From Hypanus sabinus (Eukaryota): a stretch of 64,000 nucleotides of DNA. Location: the NCBI RefSeq assembly GCF_030144855.1, contig NC_082727.1:41044001-41108000 (forward strand), read 5' to 3'. Shown here piece by piece: positions 61,808-64,000 of this stretch. Within the stretch, counting starts at the first letter, position 1. Every line of letters begins with the position of its first letter. The notes beneath the pieces are model-generated. The model saw only the letters and a list, made by a program, of their open reading frames with translations, searched no databases and was not told the DNA's origin. A program made the position numbers and the translations under genes.

Positions 61808-62170
61808 CATAGGTGTCAAACTCAAGGCCCGCAGGCCATATCCGGCCCGGTGTACAATTATATCCGGCCCGCGAGATCATTTTAGATAGATCTATTATTT
61901 TAATTATTAATGGCCCGGCGATATGAAGCCTATGATTGTAAGTTAATACCAATCATAAAAAAAATGCTTGCTCAGCAGTCTTCTTCATAAGAAACGGAAT
62001 TTGTGAAGTGAAACACTTTGTAGTTAAAGCAGAGACTGAGACACATGAGAACAGGCTGAAAAAACGGAGGCAATGAAAGCTGCGTTCACACGCGCCCGAC
62101 TGATCTGGCCCGCATGAAGCTGCATTTTGCCCAATCCGGCCCATGACCTAAAATGAGTTTGACACCCCTG
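61808..62170. mobile_element. 363 bp hAT-Charlie-type MITE
   Basis: TIRs CATAGGTGTCAAACTCA / TGAGTTTGACACCCCTG; 8-bp TSD TGCTAGGT with central TA; subterminal CCGGCCC repeats. Confidence 0.92.
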
Positions 62171-62195
62171 TGCTAGGTCGATAACATCACTACAA

Positions 62196-62422
62196 AAGAT
62201 ACGCAAAATGTTGGTGGAACACAGCAGGCCAGGCAGCATCTATAAGGAGAAACACTGTCAACGTTTCGGGCCGAGACCCTTCGTCAGGACTAACTGAAGG
62301 GAAAGACAGTCGACAGTGCTTCTCCTTATAGATGCTGCCTGGCCTGCTGTGTTCCACCAGAATTTTGTGTGTGTTTGAATTTCCAGCATCTGCAGATTTC
62401 CTCATGTTTGCTCTTTAAATTT
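62196..62422. mobile_element. Fold-back Penelope-derived short element
   Basis: Inverted arms 62201-62262 / 62309-62370; possible TSD ACTACAA (62189-62195, 62423-62429); same family as 55580-55792, in the opposite orientation. Confidence 0.88.
62256..62292 (-). ncRNA. Minimal type I hammerhead ribozyme motif (Penelope-associated)
   Basis: Minus strand reads GUC-CUGACGA-A-GGGUCUCGGCCC-GAAA-CG-UU/GAC. Core CUGANGA, stem II, GAAA, palindromic ACGU stem III and NUH cleavage triplet are all present. Confidence 0.7.
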
Positions 62423-63129
62423 ACTACAAGAAATTCTTTGTTGAATGCTTAGGAATGAGGACTTTGAGGAACTGGCACAGAACAAGAGGCCTGGGGGAAA
62501 TCAGTCATAATTGAATGACAGGGTAAGCTTGAATAGTCTACTCCTGTTCCTGTTTCCTTATGCTAACCTCTCTCCTAAATCCTGAAGCCCAAATCTGGGC
62601 ATAATACACCAGTGATTTGCAAAGACTTTTTAAGGCTTCCTTGACCAAGGTCTCCATTTACAATGTCAAATATTTTGCATAAAAATAGTTTGTATTGCAG
62701 GGTGTACTCTCGAATTACAAAGTAAACAACAGATACAGTACAGACTGTCTGCATTAAGTAAATTTTGAACATTATGAATGTTTTAAGACTCCTTATGAAT
62801 ATTTTACAACTGCCTTCAGGAGAGGTGGATACCATAGTTAAGATGCACATGTGTGAAATATTGAATTAAAATACATTAATAGCTCTAGCATCTTGAAAAA
62901 TGGATACATCACCAGGACAACACATACAGAAGACTGTCATAGAGGTTCTGATCAACTCTTATAGGACGGTCCCAGAAGACTGGAGGACAGCTACCTTATG
63001 TTGTTTAAAAAGTAAAAAAAGGATGAACCAAGCAAGTAGTTATAGGCCAGCTAGTTAAACTGGTAATAACAAATATTTGAAATTGATTCCAAAGGACAGT
63101 CTAAACCTTCATTTAAAAAGGCACATATT

Positions 63130-63830
63130 AACATAGAATAGTACTGCACAGGAACAGGCCAATATTGTGCCAAGCTAATGAAATTGGTAATGAAGTATCC
63201 ACTAAACTATTCCCTTCTGGCTACACATGTCCATATCCTTCCACTTCATGCACATTCATGTGCCTATCAAAGAGTCCCTAAAGGGTTTGCCTCCACCATC
63301 ACCCCACACAGTGCATGCTAGGCTCCCACCACATTCTGTATAAACAAACTTATCCCGTTACTGTAAAAGCGTACTCTTTGGTACAAAGCATTTCAAACCT
63401 GTGAAAAAGATACTGGCTGTCTATCCACGTCGCTCATGGTCTTATAAACCTCTATCAGCTCACTCCCCCAGCCTCTGCCATTCTGGAGCAAACAACCCAA
63501 GTTTGTTCAAATTCTGCATATAGCATACACCCTCTAATCCCAGCAGCACCTTGGTAAAACTCTTCTGCAATTTCTCCAAAGCCTCCAAGTACTTCCTATA
63601 ATGGGACAACCAGAGCTGAATGTCAAACTTCAGATTCAGCCTTACTAGTTTCATAAAAATGCAACGTAACTTCTTGTATCTTGAACTCAACTACTGTATT
63701 AAAATTAGCATGCATTATGCCTTTCTTTACCACCCATCAACTGGAGTGAACTTGGACCCCAAGATCATTTTACTCATCAATGCTATTTTGAGTCTTGCTA
63801 TTAACAGTGTATTATTGCTTTACATTTGAA
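63130..63830 (-). mobile_element. CR1 3' fragment, degenerate
   Basis: KLVRLNLKFDIQLWLSHYRKYLEALEKLQKSFTKVLLGL. Confidence 0.75.
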
Positions 63831-64000
63831 CCAGGGTTAGCATGGACACAATAAATAGAAAGTCAAGACTAACTAATCATTGATGTTTTAGGAGTTAATA
63901 AAGAGGATCATCGTGGATAGTAAGTTTTATGTCATCTACATCGATTTTTAGCAAGTGCAGGTCCCCATCCGTTTGGATTAGCAACGTCTCCTCCAGGATT

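Noticed and set aside
228-63829. Most short ORFs in the supplied six-frame track
   Set aside because: They are chance frames in intronic or intergenic DNA, antisense shadows, or transposon fragments. Only those overlapping IDE exons or TE domains have recognisable content.
39600-64000. Expected convergent neighbour gene (MARCHF5 in mammals)
   Set aside because: I found no MARCHF5-like exon by eye; it may lie beyond the window. A TBLASTN would settle this.

Overview
AT-rich vertebrate genomic DNA, not prokaryotic. The repeat content (V-SINEs, Deu-SINEs, HER1/CR1 LINEs, Penelope tails) points to a cartilaginous fish, probably a ray; the taxon is inferred. The + strand carries the last ten coding exons of insulin-degrading enzyme (IDE, equivalent to human exons 16-25) at 3113-36647. 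All junctions are GT-AG and in phase, giving 391 aa that end in the peroxisomal signal AKL. A probable ~2.9 kb 3' UTR follows. The rest is introns and ~24 kb of intergenic DNA rich in transposons: a full-length decayed L1 with its target-site duplication (TSD), CR1, Rex1/Babar, RTE and Penelope fragments, hAT/Tc1/Tigger MITEs, SINEs and a solo LTR, often nested. Three leads stand out. (1) Short fold-back Penelope-derived elements carry minimal hammerhead ribozyme cores, one with every catalytic nucleotide intact. (2) A sense solo LTR in the last IDE intron could polyadenylate an exon-24 read-through isoform lacking the PTS1. (3) Several repeat-free segments are candidate conserved regulatory elements. 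Repeat family names and human IDE comparisons come from recalled sequences, not database searches, and boundaries of old repeats are approximate.
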